Assembly: GCA_963693365.1 (NCBI GenBank)
Contig: CAVNZM010000016.1
Span: 3,251,957 to 3,315,956 of the forward strand
Direction: 5' to 3'
DNA from: Amoebidium appalachense
Taxonomy: Eukaryota > Protista > Ichthyosporea
DNA length: 64,000 nucleotides
Made by a program: the position numbers and the translations under genes. Below are positions 29,377 through 42,930 of the stretch, one piece after another (the first letter of the stretch is position 1; each line of letters opens with the position of its first letter). The notes beneath the pieces are model-generated. The model saw nothing but the letters and a program-made list of their open reading frames with translations, searched no databases and was not told where the DNA came from.

Positions 29377-29512
29377 ACCACAAAACCCCACCAAGCCCCC
29401 CCACTTTCCCACCCGGCGGGTGGGGAAAGTGGGGGGGCTTGGTGGGGTTTTCCCCCCCACTTTCCCCACCCGGCGGGTGGGAAAGTGGGGGGGCTTGGTG
29501 GGGTTTTGTGGT
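29377..29512. repeat. GC-rich foldback / double palindrome
   Basis: ACCACAAAACCCCACCAAGC...GCTTGGTGGGGTTTTGTGGT with two internal CCACCCGGCGGGTGG hairpin centres. Confidence 0.9.
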
Positions 29513-30168
29513 GCACGGCTAAAAATTGGTGCACACGTTCCTAGCACCCATATGCTACTTTGTACCAAGTGTTAACTGCTACTTGCACGTGGAACACGTG
29601 TTATTCATTATTTGGTGGTGCCCTGAGTAGTTGATGTTGCGCATGTAGGAAAAATAACATTCCCGGGTGTAAACGTCGGGGGGGGTTTTTGGTATTTTGG
29701 CTGCAGCCCTGTAACTTGGCCCACACCTCCCTAGTACCTATATGCTGCAATTCCCAAAAGATGGATGCTCCCAAGCCATTGGTTCGTGGGTGGCAACAAA
29801 AATGCACCTAGCCACATGAGTGCATATATAAGGAAAAACGCACCCGCCGGGTGGAAATGCAGGGGGGCTTGATGGGGAATTGGCAAACCGTAACACAAGC
29901 ACAACACTGTGACACGCACCTGACGTGTGTGACGACACACGGCCCACACCCACAGTCACACCCACACCAGCCCACCCACCCACCCACTCAAACACACACA
30001 CACAAACACACACACACACACATACACACACACACACACACACAAACACAAACACACACACACACACACACAGGGGGGGGGGGGGGGGTGCGAACGAGTA
30101 CAGAGATATTATGAAGCCCCCCCCCTCACCCTTCCCCTTTTCCTCCCCCCCCCCACCCTCCCCCCCCC

Positions 30169-30899
30169 TGTTGTTTTGTACGGGTCTAAGGGAGCAGAGT
30201 GCACAGAGGTGTCATGTAAAACACGACTAACACATTAATGAGAGGGCAATCGGAGTTGTTCACGAGACATTGAAAGATTCAAACAACAACTGATTCTTTA
30301 TTGTGCTCTCGGTTCCTTTTGTACTTGCGACTTACCACCTTATCACAACTAAAGAGGGAGAACCAATCGGTTCTATCAGAAGATAGAAAAACACATTCCG
30401 ACAGAGCATACGCATTCCAACTTCCGATTAAACTAAAGTTTAGAAACTCTTACTTAAATAAATTAAGTAATTATACATCTAGTCACTATTAACTCACATA
30501 TATATTTATGTTCGTCTCTATAAAGAAACTTATTTAAATACATATATTTCCTAATAGTCGACACTCTCAAAGTGAAGACACTTTGCAATAAACCGAATTC
30601 CATATATATCTATTGTCCAATCACAACACACATATATTAATAGACAGGAATGCACAACACAATCTACAGACGTACTCGCTCGCGACGATTGGCGAGCCAT
30701 CCTTTTGAAAACAAAACTAAGCCATTTTGTAATAAAGGAAAGACAACGAGTGTAGTTAGCCAATCACGCTACCTCTCAGATAAACAGAGGAGAGCAAACA
30801 GAAATAAAATACAACAAGAGAGCCAGGTGTGCACAGATCTACAGATATCTGTGCTCACAGAAACAAGGGAGAGAGAGATACGGGGGGGGGGGGGGGGGG

Positions 30900-30957
<58 letters not shown>

Positions 30958-31049
30958 ACAAAGAAGGAAAGCAGACACGAATACAAACAAGCTAAGACAC
31001 ATACATACTTCAAGGCTCTTGCTGTCATACATGGTGACGTATTCCAACA
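30169..31049 (-). mobile_element. Solo LTR of the Copia-C family
   Basis: TGTTG...CAACA ends, highly similar to 47446-48353, flanked by CCCCC on both sides. Confidence 0.93.
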
Positions 31050-31106
31050 CCCCCCCCCCCCCCCCCACCAACAAACACACACACACAAACACACAAACAT
31101 TCTGGG

Positions 31107-31137
<31 letters not shown>

Positions 31138-31141
31138 CGAG

Positions 31142-31195
<54 letters not shown>

Positions 31196-31267
31196 GGCAC
31201 ACACATGAAGAACACACACACACACATACACACACACACACACACATACACACACACACAAACATTC

Positions 31268-31381
<114 letters not shown>

Positions 31382-31389
31382 CACGAGAG

Positions 31390-31445
<56 letters not shown>

Positions 31446-31736
31446 GCGCGCGCGCGCGCGCGAGAGGCACACACATTGCCAGCTGCAGGAACACAGAATC
31501 AAATGGACATAGATTCGATGGCCAATGGTGATCACGTGTGATATCTATATAAATATCCTTACATGTCCAACGTACATACACTACATAACCAACAGGATAT
31601 ACAAAGGAGATCAATCATCCTAATGTACAATTAGAGCTACAATGCATATGGTTTTGGGAACAATTACCCGTATAGAGTATGCTCAAATGGATATCCAGTG
31701 CCACGGTTGACACCAACCCCTTACCCCCCCCCCCCC

Positions 31737-34700
31737 TGTTGGACATTGTGTTCATAGAAGCTAGTTCTAGTGCACGTTGTTCCTTCTGTAAGTCAGAAAT
31801 GATTGCATCTTGTGAGGCCAACCTCTGCTCCAGTAGTTGGACTAGTTGCTGCAACTGTAAGTTGTCAGACATAGTGTCGTGTATGATGGGTAACTAGTCT
31901 ATGTGTTTTGTGCACTGGAAACGACAGTAGAAAAGTGTAAATCAAACGTTCTGCTTCCCATGTTTGTGACATGGGAGGCACTGCTTTATATAGTCGTTGG
32001 CCACCTCATGGTGGCCTCGTGTGCACCCTGGTGGTGGGCCATGTACAGCATGGCCGAAAAGAGAGCACAATGAAAACAAGTCGTTAAAGATATAAAAGTT
32101 AACTGTGCACGTTGAGTGGCTAGTTAACTTGCACTAAAGCACACAAATAAACGTGTTTAACACACCAATTGCAGTTAAACGTAAATCTTGCTTCACACAA
32201 CTAAAAATATTCTGAGAATATCCGGGAATAAAGCACACTACCACTCTAAGAATAGAATCCTGTGGCAAATATAGACATGACATCATCTGAACCGGGAATA
32301 TTAATTAATGAGCACAATTAGCACGTTGCTAGTGAAGCTCGTCATTGGTACAGTTTTGGCTCAAACATATAACTACCATATATGAATATGACCGTAAACA
32401 AAAGCTCTATGCACTCGAGTGAGTGTTGAAACAGTTATTCAATTGCTCAGAAACTTTCTCTAACAGACATTGCTAGCCGGGAGTACCAGTGTACTCCAAC
32501 ACCCCTACTCAATTGGATAATTGTGGTATGAATTAATGCAACTGAGCTCGAGTGCTTCAGGTGCACAAAATACAGACAATAAAGATTCCCCTACTCAATT
32601 TTAGTATGGTACACGTAGTTGCACAGTCGGATGCAACTCTCTCCCCCCCCCCTGAAGTATGAGGGCGCAGTTGGTTGATGACGGGTGCTCAGCACATGTT
32701 GAGCATCCCCACGGCCTTGGTGAAGAAAGAGGCAGACAGGGCCTTGGTGAACATGTCGGCCTTGTTGTCAGCAGAAGCCACCGGGACCACAGTGATGTTG
32801 CCCAGCAGGTGATGTTCCTTGACGGAGCAGTAGCGGACGTCGATGTGCTTGGTCTTGGGCTTAACCCCCAGGGTGTCCAGCAGGGCCCGGGCAGACTCAT
32901 TGTCCCCATGGATGGGCACCGGGGTGGGCTCATTGATAGGATTAAGGCCCAGGTCGTCCATCACATAGTTGAGCCATAGGGCCTCGTTCGTAGCAGCAGA
33001 CATGGCCACAAATTCAGCCTCAGTGGAGCTGTGGGTGGTGATGGACTGGAGCCGAGACACCCAGGACACAGGGGAGGAGTTTATGAAGAAGACATAGCCC
33101 GTGGTGGAGCGCCGGGTGTCGCGGTCCTCGGCGTAGTCGGAGTCGGAGTAGCCAACAAGGTTGGGGGGGCCGGGACGGTAGACAATACCCAGGTCGATGG
33201 TGGCCAGCAGGTAGCTTACAACTCTGGTAGCCATAGTCCAGTGGGTGACGGTGGGCGCATGAATGTGTCGAGTAAGGACTCCCAGAGCCTGGGAAATGTC
33301 GGGGCGGGTGGTACGCGCAATCCACAGCAGGGCACCGACCAGGCTGGCATAGTCCTCCTTCTTGCTGTAGGCTGGGGTCTTGTTGCTTTCACTGGCCTGG
33401 CCCGGGACGATGGGGGTCTTGGTGCCGGACATGTGGGTGAGACGAAAACGGGCAGCCAAGTCGATGATGTGTTGACGATGGCCCAGACGCAGAGACCCGT
33501 CCTCCAGCCAGGTAAGAGTGTGCCCGATGAGCAGGGTAGGACGACCCAGGTCCTTGGCAGAGAAACGAGCATCCAGCTTGGTGAAAAAATCGTCGATGAG
33601 CGCATCAGTGGCGGCCGTCACGGTGAAGTCATCCACGTAGGCAGCAAGGGCAATAAATGTTGGGGTCCCGGCATTCTTGATGAACAGGCACGGGTCAGCA
33701 GCACTCACAATGAAGCCTTGGTCGAGGAGATGGTCACGGAGGGCCTCATACCACTGGCGCGGTGCCTGTTTTAGGCCGTAGAGCGCCTTGTGGAGCAAGC
33801 CGACAGCATGGGGGGCCGAGGGGTTGACGAAGCCAGGGGGCTGCTCAATGTAGATGGTCTCGTTGACGGTGCCGTTGAGGAATGCTGTGTTGACGTCGAT
33901 GTGGCGCAGAGGCAGACCTTGGGCCACGGAGGTAGCCAAAACCAGCCGGATGGTAGCCAGCGCAGCCACAGGTGACTCGGTGACGAAATAGTCCTGGCCA
34001 GGCTGCTGGTAGTTGCCCCGGGCCACAAGCCGGGCCTTGAAAGCAGTGACGTTGCCGACGTTGTCCTGCTTGACCGTAAAGACCCAGCCGACCGGAATGA
34101 CAGTGGAGCCATCCTCTGGACGGGGCACAAGGGTGAAGGTGCCGTTGTCTTCCAGGGCCTTGAGCTCACGGTGTGCAGCCTCCTCCCATTTCAGACGCTG
34201 GGGACTCTTGAGTGCAGCCCGGACAGTCTTGGGGACAACAATGGTGGAAGCCTTGATGGGTGTTGATGCAGGAGCCGTAGCCTGGGGGGCAAGGGGGGCC
34301 GTAGCAGCAGCCACGTTGGCAGTCGGGCATCGACGTTGGTCGTTGTACACAGCGCCACTACGGGTCGTCCGGGGGAGCCGATGTGCAGGCTCGGGCAGGA
34401 TCGGAATGTCCAATTGATCACTCGGCGCTGTCCCATTGGCTGACAGACGAGACGAATCAGATTGCTGATCATTCCGGACGATGTGATTGGCTGGCTGATT
34501 TGACGAATCAGATGACTCCAAAAAATGATGAATTGCCGGTGCGGTCGACCAATCAGATGGGACATCACGGAGGGGGTGCAGAATAGCAGCCTCGTCGAAC
34601 TGCACGTCACGGCTGACGGTCATCTTGTGTGCTGCTGGAATCCAGACCTTGTAGCCCTTGATGTTAGGAGGGTAGCCCACGAAGATGCCCTTGACGGCAC

Positions 34701-37613
34701 GAGGCGCCAGTTTCGGTGTATCCTGTTGATGGACGTAGCAGGGAGAGCCCCAGACACGGAGCCGGCTGTAGTCGGGAGGAATGCCGGTCCACAGCAGGGC
34801 GGGAGACGATTGGCTGCCGGTGGCTCGCGACGGGAGCATGTTGCGTATAAAAGCCGCGGTCACAGCTGCCTCGGCCCAGAATCCCACCGGAAGGCCGGAC
34901 TGCTGCAGGAGTGCCCGAACCATGTCGAGGAGGGTCCGGTTCAGTCGTTCGGCAGTCCCATTCTGTTGAGGAGAGCCGGTGGTAGTGATCTGATGGCGAA
35001 TGCCATGCTCACGGTTGTAGTCCCCGAAGGCCGTGCCCATGTACTCGCCCCCCCGTCGGACTGAAACACCTGCATGGGAACACCGTGTTGGGTAACCGCC
35101 GCCTTGTGGTACGTCACATATGCAGCCAGTGTGTCCGACTTCTTGACGAGGGGCACGGCCGTGGTGTGGCCGGTGAATTCGTCGTGGAACGTCGCCAAGT
35201 ACTGAGCACCACCGATCGCGGGAGGGAAGGGGCCGCTGATGTCGCTGTGAACCTTGGCTAGGACCCGGGGAGCTTGGCTGGTTGATTCGGAGAAGGCAAC
35301 ACGGTGGGCTTTGCCGAGGGCACAGGGCTCACACACACCCGGAGACTTGGCACCGCCACCCACCAACAGGCCTGCAGACTTGATGACCGAGCGTACAGCG
35401 TCAATGCCAGCATGGCCCAGACGGTAGTGCCACGTGTTGAGGTCGGCAGTAACCTTGAGGATACGCGGAGCAGTGGTGGTTTGGGCGTCCGGGGTTGTGT
35501 CCGCGCGCAGAAGAGACACCGCCATGTGGTACAGCTTGGTGCCGACAGCCGAGCCGGTGGCCAGAATTTGATCGCCGTAGCACAACTTAACGCCGCCGCG
35601 GGTGTCAAAGCGGGGTAAAACACCGTTGGTAGTTGCCGTGAACACACTGATGAGAGTGTCGGGGATGGAGGGCACGTAGAGTACATCCGTCAGCTGATGC
35701 ACCGCAGTAACGCCGTCGATGGTGCTGGAAAAGAACACGTCGCCCACCCCAAGCACTGCACATGCACCCTTGTCGGCTACTTGGACCGTGGAGTAAGGCG
35801 CCGCACGCATGTTGATGAACACATCGGGCCGGGGGCACACATGGTCAGTGGCTCCAGAGTCGAGGAGCACCTTGTTGGTGCCACAGTCGTTGCTAGACAT
35901 GAGGAAAGCCCGGGGAGCGGCAGCCCCCCCTTGCACTGTGCCGTAGTGTGGGTAGTAGAGGCAGGGTGGTTGATGCAGGACCCAGGCGGGAGGGGACCAC
36001 CCTTAGGTTTGCGGCCGTTGGCACGGTTGCCCCCCTTGCACATGGCGGTAGTGTGACTGGTAGACAGTGGGTGGTTGACGCAGGAACCCTTGGGGTAGGT
36101 GCTGGCACGGTTGTTGCCAGAGTTGCTGTGTTGGCCGTTGCCGTTGGGGCACTGAGACTTGATGTGGCCTGGTTTGCCGCAGCCGTGGCAGATGACAGGT
36201 TGAGGAGCCCGTGTGGTGAAGGCGGCCGGCCCGGAGCTGGTAGTCACACGTGCACGTGGGTGGCTGGTCTCATATGCCCGTAGCTGTTGGAGGAGGCCCA
36301 TCACGGTAGGCTTGGGTGTCATCTTGTAGGCAATTACAGGCATTTCGTAGTAAGGCACCTTGCCGAGGTCGTTGGTGAGCTTGGTCAGCACTTGAGCATC
36401 ACCAATTTGTGTGCCGTAATCGGCCAGGCGCCGCACGTAGCCGCGGAGTTTCATGGCGTATTTCGTCGCGGTGTCCGTAGGTTCAGGCGTAGAATTCATG
36501 TACAGCCCGATAAGGTCGTACTGATTGGCCTCAGATTGCTCCAGGTAGTGGGCAGATAGGGCCGACCATATCTCCGCAGGTGTGGTGGTGCGTGTTAACC
36601 CTAGGATACAACGCACGTCAACCGAGAGTGCTTGCCACAGGTAGGAACGGGCAGTGTCGACCTGTTCACGGGTAGCCGGGTGCTCCGTACTGGGCGCGAT
36701 GGTGTGGAGAAGACCAGCACCAGAAAGCTGGACATACATGGTTTCGGCCCATGTGTGGTAGTCCGTGCCTGAATCATTATCAATGCCAGTGAAGAGAGGG
36801 ATGTCGACCTTGAACTTGATGGAATCATTACGTGAGGGGCCCATAACCCTGTTGGACATTGTGTTCATAGAAGCTAGTTCTAGTGCACGTTGTTCCTTCT
36901 GTAAGTCAGAAATGATTGCATCTTGTGAGGCCAACCTCTGCTCCAGTAGTTGGACTAGTTGCTGCAACTGTAAGTTGTCAGACATAGTGTCGTGTATGAT
37001 GGGTAACTAGTCTATGTGTTTTGTGCACTGGAAACGACAGTAGAAAAGTGTAAATCAAACGTTCTGCTTCCCATGTTTGTGACATGGGAGGCACTGCTTT
37101 ATATAGTCGTTGGCCACCTCATGGTGGCCTCGTGTGCACCCTGGTGGTGGGCCATGTACAGCATGGCCGAAAAGAGAGCACAATGAAAACAAGTCGTTAA
37201 AGATATAAAAGTTAACTGTGCACGTTGAGTGGCTAGTTAACTTGCACTAAAGCACACAAATAAACGTGTTTAACACACCAATTGCAGTTAAACGTAAATC
37301 TTGCTTCACACAACTAAAAATATTCTGAGAATATCCGGGAATAAAGCACACTACCACTCTAAGAATAGAATCCTGTGGCAAATATAGACATGACATCATC
37401 TGAACCGGGAATATTAATTAATGAGCACAATTAGCACGTTGCTAGTGAAGCTCGTCATTGGTACAGTTTTGGCTCAAACATATAACTACCATATATGAAT
37501 ATGACCGTAAACAAAAGCTCTATGCACTCGAGTGAGTGTTGAAACAGTTATTCAATTGCTCAGAAACTTTCTCTAACAGACATTGCTAGCCGGGAGTACC
37601 AGTGTACTCCAAC

Positions 37614-37614
<1 letters not shown>
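31737..37614 (-). mobile_element. Copia-B full-length, very young LTR retrotransposon (765-bp LTRs 31737-32501 and 36850-37614)
   Basis: LTRs look identical by eye, TGTTGG..CCAACA ends, inserted in poly-C (TSD CCCCC), PBS GGGTTATGGGCCC and PPT TTGAGTAGGGG. Confidence 0.97.
32689..36985 (-). CDS. Copia-B gag-PR-IN-RT-RH polyprotein (two 1-nt shifts at G7 runs near 35927 and 35051)
   Basis: CHGCGKPGHIKSQC, LLDSGATDH, WHYRLGH, VHSDISGP, QNGTAER, FKARLVARG, ALYGLKQAPRQW, YVDD, SSTEAEF, TKHIDVRY and ADMFTKAL. Confidence 0.92.
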
Positions 37615-37655
<41 letters not shown>

Positions 37656-39457
37656 TGTGCACAGATATCATGATATATGTATTTAAATTACATGTATATT
37701 CATATATATAAATATATATAAATATACTATATATATATTTATATATATTTATATATCTATATTCTATAATATAAATACATTACAACTTTGATGTATGTAA
37801 AACGCATGGAGGGATTATCGGCTTGACTCATCGGACTCGAACCACCATGCTTGTCCTGCTGTGTGATTGGTGTTTTGTAATCTGATTAATGATAATCAGA
37901 TTGAACCGATTTTTGTTCGGCTGTGTGATTGGTATTCATTAGTCACATTATGGATAATCCGATTATGCTCCTGTTTCTTGATTGGTCTTCTCCAATCATG
38001 ATTGTCCGTTATGACTGTTTTTTTCCCACCCTTCGGAGGTCAGTTTTCACTTGCACTTCCGCTGTTCAAGAAGTCTGAGCTGTAACTCCATTCAGTTGCA
38101 CCCGTGGCTTGTAAGCTTTTTTTTTTTTTTTTGGTAACTAGACGATGTTTTCAGAGCTACAGGCTGTGCAGGTTAGTACAGATGCTTATGCGACTGTTGC
38201 GTCTACCTGTTTGCTGAAGGACTGGGCTTCTGTGCAACTATTCTTGCTTTTCTCCCTTGCTGTAGCCCTCCTTTCTTCTTGGTCTTTCCTGCCGCAACTG
38301 GTGCATGCTGTCGCAGTTTTACTTTCTGTCACACTGCAGCTTTTTTGTGCCCTCTGTGCTCACATCTGCATAACAGGATGATACTTTCAAGAGTTATTTT
38401 CACCTTTGCTCTCCTCTTTCACATGCAGGGCACCATCTTCTCTGACAGAGGCTAACGGCCGCTTGCTTTTAGAATGACAGCTTCTAAACCGAGCAGCAAG
38501 GAGGTAGGTTTTTACTGCCTGGGTTATGCCCAGCTTGGGCTGGCACCTTTTGATGTTGGTTCTTGGCAATGCCGCTTTTTGTTAAAACGTTCGTGCAATA
38601 AAGAGCCCTAAGGGACCTTGCACTTATCGTTTATGGTATAGTGGTTGAGCTCTTCTGTAGGTCAGCCTGTCAGCAGTTTTAGTTTTGTGCAGGTAAACAC
38701 AGGGCAAAAAGCGCGCATTCTGCATCATTGTGTGCCAAGCCATGTTTTCGGCAGTTTCTACATTTTGCTTCATCCGTCTGTAACTCCCTTAGAAGCTACA
38801 TTGCTTCCTGACATGAAGTCTCTTAGTTCATAAGGGCTGGTGCATACAAAACTTCTCGGCAACCATTGTTGGAAGGTTGTGCCCTCCTTTGTTTCATTGT
38901 TTTAACAAATGTGTGCCGTCCCTATTGCCCAGCATGTGTAGTGGGGCACCCATCTATCATGACATGTGCACGTTTGACTTTTTACCTGTGTGATAAGGTC
39001 TGTTAGCGCCCGCTCGTACACGTTGCACGCAACGTACCCCACTGACACATACGAGGTTAGTCGGTAACCACTTGCTTGCATCGAAAGTTTAGAGTGCTGC
39101 TGTAGGTATGACAATGTAAGATTCTGTCCTTTTGATGTTTTCGTGTTAAACCTCATGGGCGTTTTGTCCCCCCCCCCCCCCCCCCCCCCGGCCAAAAAAA
39201 AAACAACAAACTTTTCAGCTATAACATAATGGACCAGGTTATTCCCCTTATTTCCTGTTTCAAACTGCCTCTCACTTTTCCTCCTTCTCACTGGTCACGC
39301 TTCACTTTCCCCGTGCAGGTGGGAGATGGTGCACTCGGGTGAGTCTTCTAGCAAGCAGCTGCAGCAGCAGCGCACATGGCTGACCGCAAGATTGTTCGGT
39401 GCTGGTACATGACTGCCAACCTCGACATTCCGACATAACCAATTCCACGACACTGGT

Positions 39458-39488
<31 letters not shown>

Positions 39489-39913
39489 AAAAAAAAGAAA
39501 AGAAAACACACACACACACACACACACAGACACACACAGCTTCCCAAAGGCTTGCCGTAAGTTCTATCATAAACTAATTTGCTGTTTGCTGATCTCTCTT
39601 CCCACTCACTTGGTTACTTTGGTGAATCGTGTTCTGTGTGTGTGGGTGGTAGTGTGCATCAGTGTGTGTGTGTGTGCTATATATATGTATAAACATTGTG
39701 TATATATGTCGTTGATCACCATCCCCCCCCCCCAAAACGCCTGTTCTCCCACCTCTCCATCCCCCCCCATCTCTCTGTATGTGCGCACATGTAGGTGTGG
39801 GCCCGGCTGTGTATGCACAATAATGTATTTTGGTTCTCAATGTATCCCTTAGTAGTCGTTATACTTGTAAAGGGTTACGTCGAGGCTTCCAGCAACCATA
39901 TCCTATACAATTG

Positions 39914-40336
39914 CAAATTGCACGAGGGGAGGGAATGACATGTATTAACCCCCCCCCCCCCCCCCCTCCCCAGCTCGAGGACATGCGTGTTGACGGAGTG
40001 CCATGTGATTGACCCACCACCCAGTAACGACCCTGAGGACGTCAGCAGCCACAGCCACAGCGAGGAACAAGAATCAGTGCCACAAGAGAGTCTGCGGGGA
40101 ATAAGGCGACGAGCAAAGATTGGAGTACTAGTAGTTGTCATTGTATTATGGTTAGAAATCAAGTAAATAAGCAATTATTCTTGTAGAAGTTATAAATGCG
40201 CATGTTGATACGATAGAAAATGTAGAAGTTTGGAAGTTGGATAATAGCGTTCGTGTCACATGCTCCTGGGGAGCATGACTAATTAAAAAAAAACCTTAAG
40301 TGTGCAGCCGTCATTGAACATGTGTCACCATCCCAA

Positions 40337-40369
<33 letters not shown>

Positions 40370-41284
40370 GTGGGGAAGCGGGGGGGGGGGGGGGGGGGAG
40401 GTGAATAGATAGAGAGATATCCATATAGACATCATTTATATATTCAGATACCTATATAGGTATATATAGAAGTGGTATACAATCAATATCATTTCTAATA
40501 TAGAATACATATTCAGCTAATAAATTCTGAATATGTGTTATGCGCATATAGAATGTCATGACTGATGTCTCATCGTCCCATAATAGATACGTATTATATG
40601 CTAATTGTATGTCTATCTACATATGTATTTCCATATCTAGCTGATATCCAGATGTGGTTCGAAACCTGAGCTGTATATCCATTCGATCTCATTTGTGCAC
40701 ATTTTAAGCATGTTACATATATATAGTGCATATCACATTGGATATAATATTGGGCAGGTTACCTGTCACTGGGTCTCTTCGTCACATATCCATTATATAT
40801 GTTGTGCATGTGTATTTGCATATCTAGTGTTCGATATCCTCTGGATATCACGTTTCCCGTGGATATCTAGTGGATCCCTATCAGTAGTTATCCAATGGAT
40901 ATCAGGGTTTTAACAGATATCTATATACATATTAGCCGTAGATATCCAAGATTAATATCCATTTATATTTACATATCTTAAACCCATGAACTGGATGTAG
41001 GGTTATGTTCAGGATGGGTTTGAGTATATGGATATCTTCAATGTATCTTTTATGGGTTCCGGATGTTTCGGCAAGATTGCTGATGTTATTCCCCGCAGAC
41101 TCTCTTGTGGCACTGATTCTTGTTCCTCGCTGTGGCTGTGGCTGCTGACGTCCTCAGGGTCGTTACTGGGTGGTGGGTCAATCACATGGCACTCCGTCAA
41201 CACGCATGTCCTCGAGCTGGGGAGGGGGGGGGGGGGGGGGGGGAGGGGGTTAGTACATGTCATTCCCTCCCCTCGTGCAATTTG
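39914..41284. repeat. Inverted duplication of ~190 bp (39914-40104 versus 41086-41284)
   Basis: Near-perfect reverse complement. The second arm abuts the TIR at 41085 and the truncated Helitron at 41285. Confidence 0.93.
40415..41060. repeat. Second TGGATATCCA-motif field, inside the right TIR
   Basis: Many GATATCC/GGATAT variants whose density rises toward 41085. Confidence 0.75.
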
Positions 41285-42666
41285 TTCCGGACCAAAAACA
41301 AGCGCGCGTGCATGTGTATATGCGTCTCAACTGTTTGTGGTTCGACGGCCTTATATAGAGACGTGTCTACGTGACCTGTTCAAGTACAATAGACTTGAGG
41401 GTTACATCAACGTAATGTGCGACACGGATGCATTGCTTCAGTATCCGGAGAACAGTATTCTGGAACCGGTTCTGAACTGTGCAGGCTACATCGGAAGAAA
41501 CGGAAACGGAAATGCCCAGTGAACCTCCGGTAATGATTGTACACGGCTCAGGGTTGATTGATACGGAGGGAAGCAATGTACAGAATGAGCACCGAGCACG
41601 AACAGCAGCAGATTTACTAAACGAAACCGGAACTGTTGTTTGAACATCCCAGCAGGAAACGATCCGATAACGGATTTTTACGAGTTAGAAAAACTCATGG
41701 CGGGCTCTTACCCAAGTTTGTTTCCCCTTGGCATAGGTGGTCCGGTAGGGTCCACTTTCCAACGAGATATTAGTCACTTACTGAACCTCCGAGGGGGCCG
41801 TTTTGGTGCACATCGAGCATTCGTGTTCGTGGCACTTGACATTCTTTGCTAGGCACCAATCACTTTTTTCGTCTCGCCTCACTGCTAGACTCATGCCGGA
41901 GCAGAGCCGTTCACTCATCGGGCAAATAACACCCGAAATGCTTCGAAATGCGGTTCAAACGTCACGTGAGCACCAGAACATTCATAACCCCCACATAACA
42001 GCTTTACAGCACGCCATTGATATCAGCGGGAGTAGGGTTTTAGGTTCTGTTGCGACTAAAATGCGTCACCGTCAGCAAGCTTTTAGCCAAGCTATCCACG
42101 ATGGTCCCTATGATATTTGGTTAACAACAAATTTTGGTGAAACATACGACCCCCTTCTCTATCGTTGTATGGGGGATTTAGGCCACAGTCAAAATCTACC
42201 ATCAGTTAACGATAGAGCACGTGACGCTGCAAACAATCCATATTTTGGAATCAAACTGAATGCCCTTCTTCGTGGATTACTTGGGTTTCATCGAAATGGC
42301 GACAGTGTATTGGGACAGCTACAGGGGTACACTGAGGAAACGGAATGCCAAGGACGAGGTAAGTGTACATATAAGATCTATGCACATATATGTAGTATGA
42401 AAGAGGCAGGGAAAAAAAAGGAAGGGAGGGGGGAGGGAAGAGGAGGGCTGTGTTTCCATATTTTGTGTTTATATGTGAATTTGGGAGAAATTTTCCCTTT
42501 CTCCCCCGTGTCCCCCCCCCCCCCCCCCCCCTCCGTCCCAGCCTGCCCGGTCACGGTCTCTATTATTTCTAATGTATTTTTTTGTTGGGGATATGTGTGT
42601 GTGTATTTGGCACCGAATGTTGTTTTTACTGACAAGACAATGATTCGCTTGTGTGTGTGTGTGTGT

Positions 42667-42702
<36 letters not shown>

Positions 42703-42789
42703 ACGTGTGTGTGGTGTGTAAGGAACGACAAAGGAAAGAAAAGATAAAGGGGGACACACACACACATACACTTACCTACCGAAGTCCCT

Positions 42790-42822
<33 letters not shown>

Positions 42823-42891
42823 ACCACCACCACCACCACCAATCCTCGAAGAAAGAGGAAAAAGAAAGGAAAAAAGGTAGATAAATTTAGG

Positions 42892-42930
<39 letters not shown>

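Noticed and set aside
33031-33774. Long antisense ORFs over Copia and Gypsy coding regions (also 19685-21026, 49351-50624, 62894-63703)
   Set aside because: Shadow frames of GC-rich coding sequence with no independent motifs.
35040-35936. Programmed ribosomal frameshifts in Copia-B
   Set aside because: Both breaks fall in G7 homopolymers, one inside the integrase SDGGGEY motif. Copia polyproteins are normally one ORF, so homopolymer sequencing error or slippage mutation is likelier. The same caution applies to many frameshifts called in this window.
39914-41284. MITE with 190-bp TIRs
   Set aside because: No TSD, the arms look like intron/exon sequence, and the inner boundary coincides with another element's TIR. 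Better explained as an inverted duplication.
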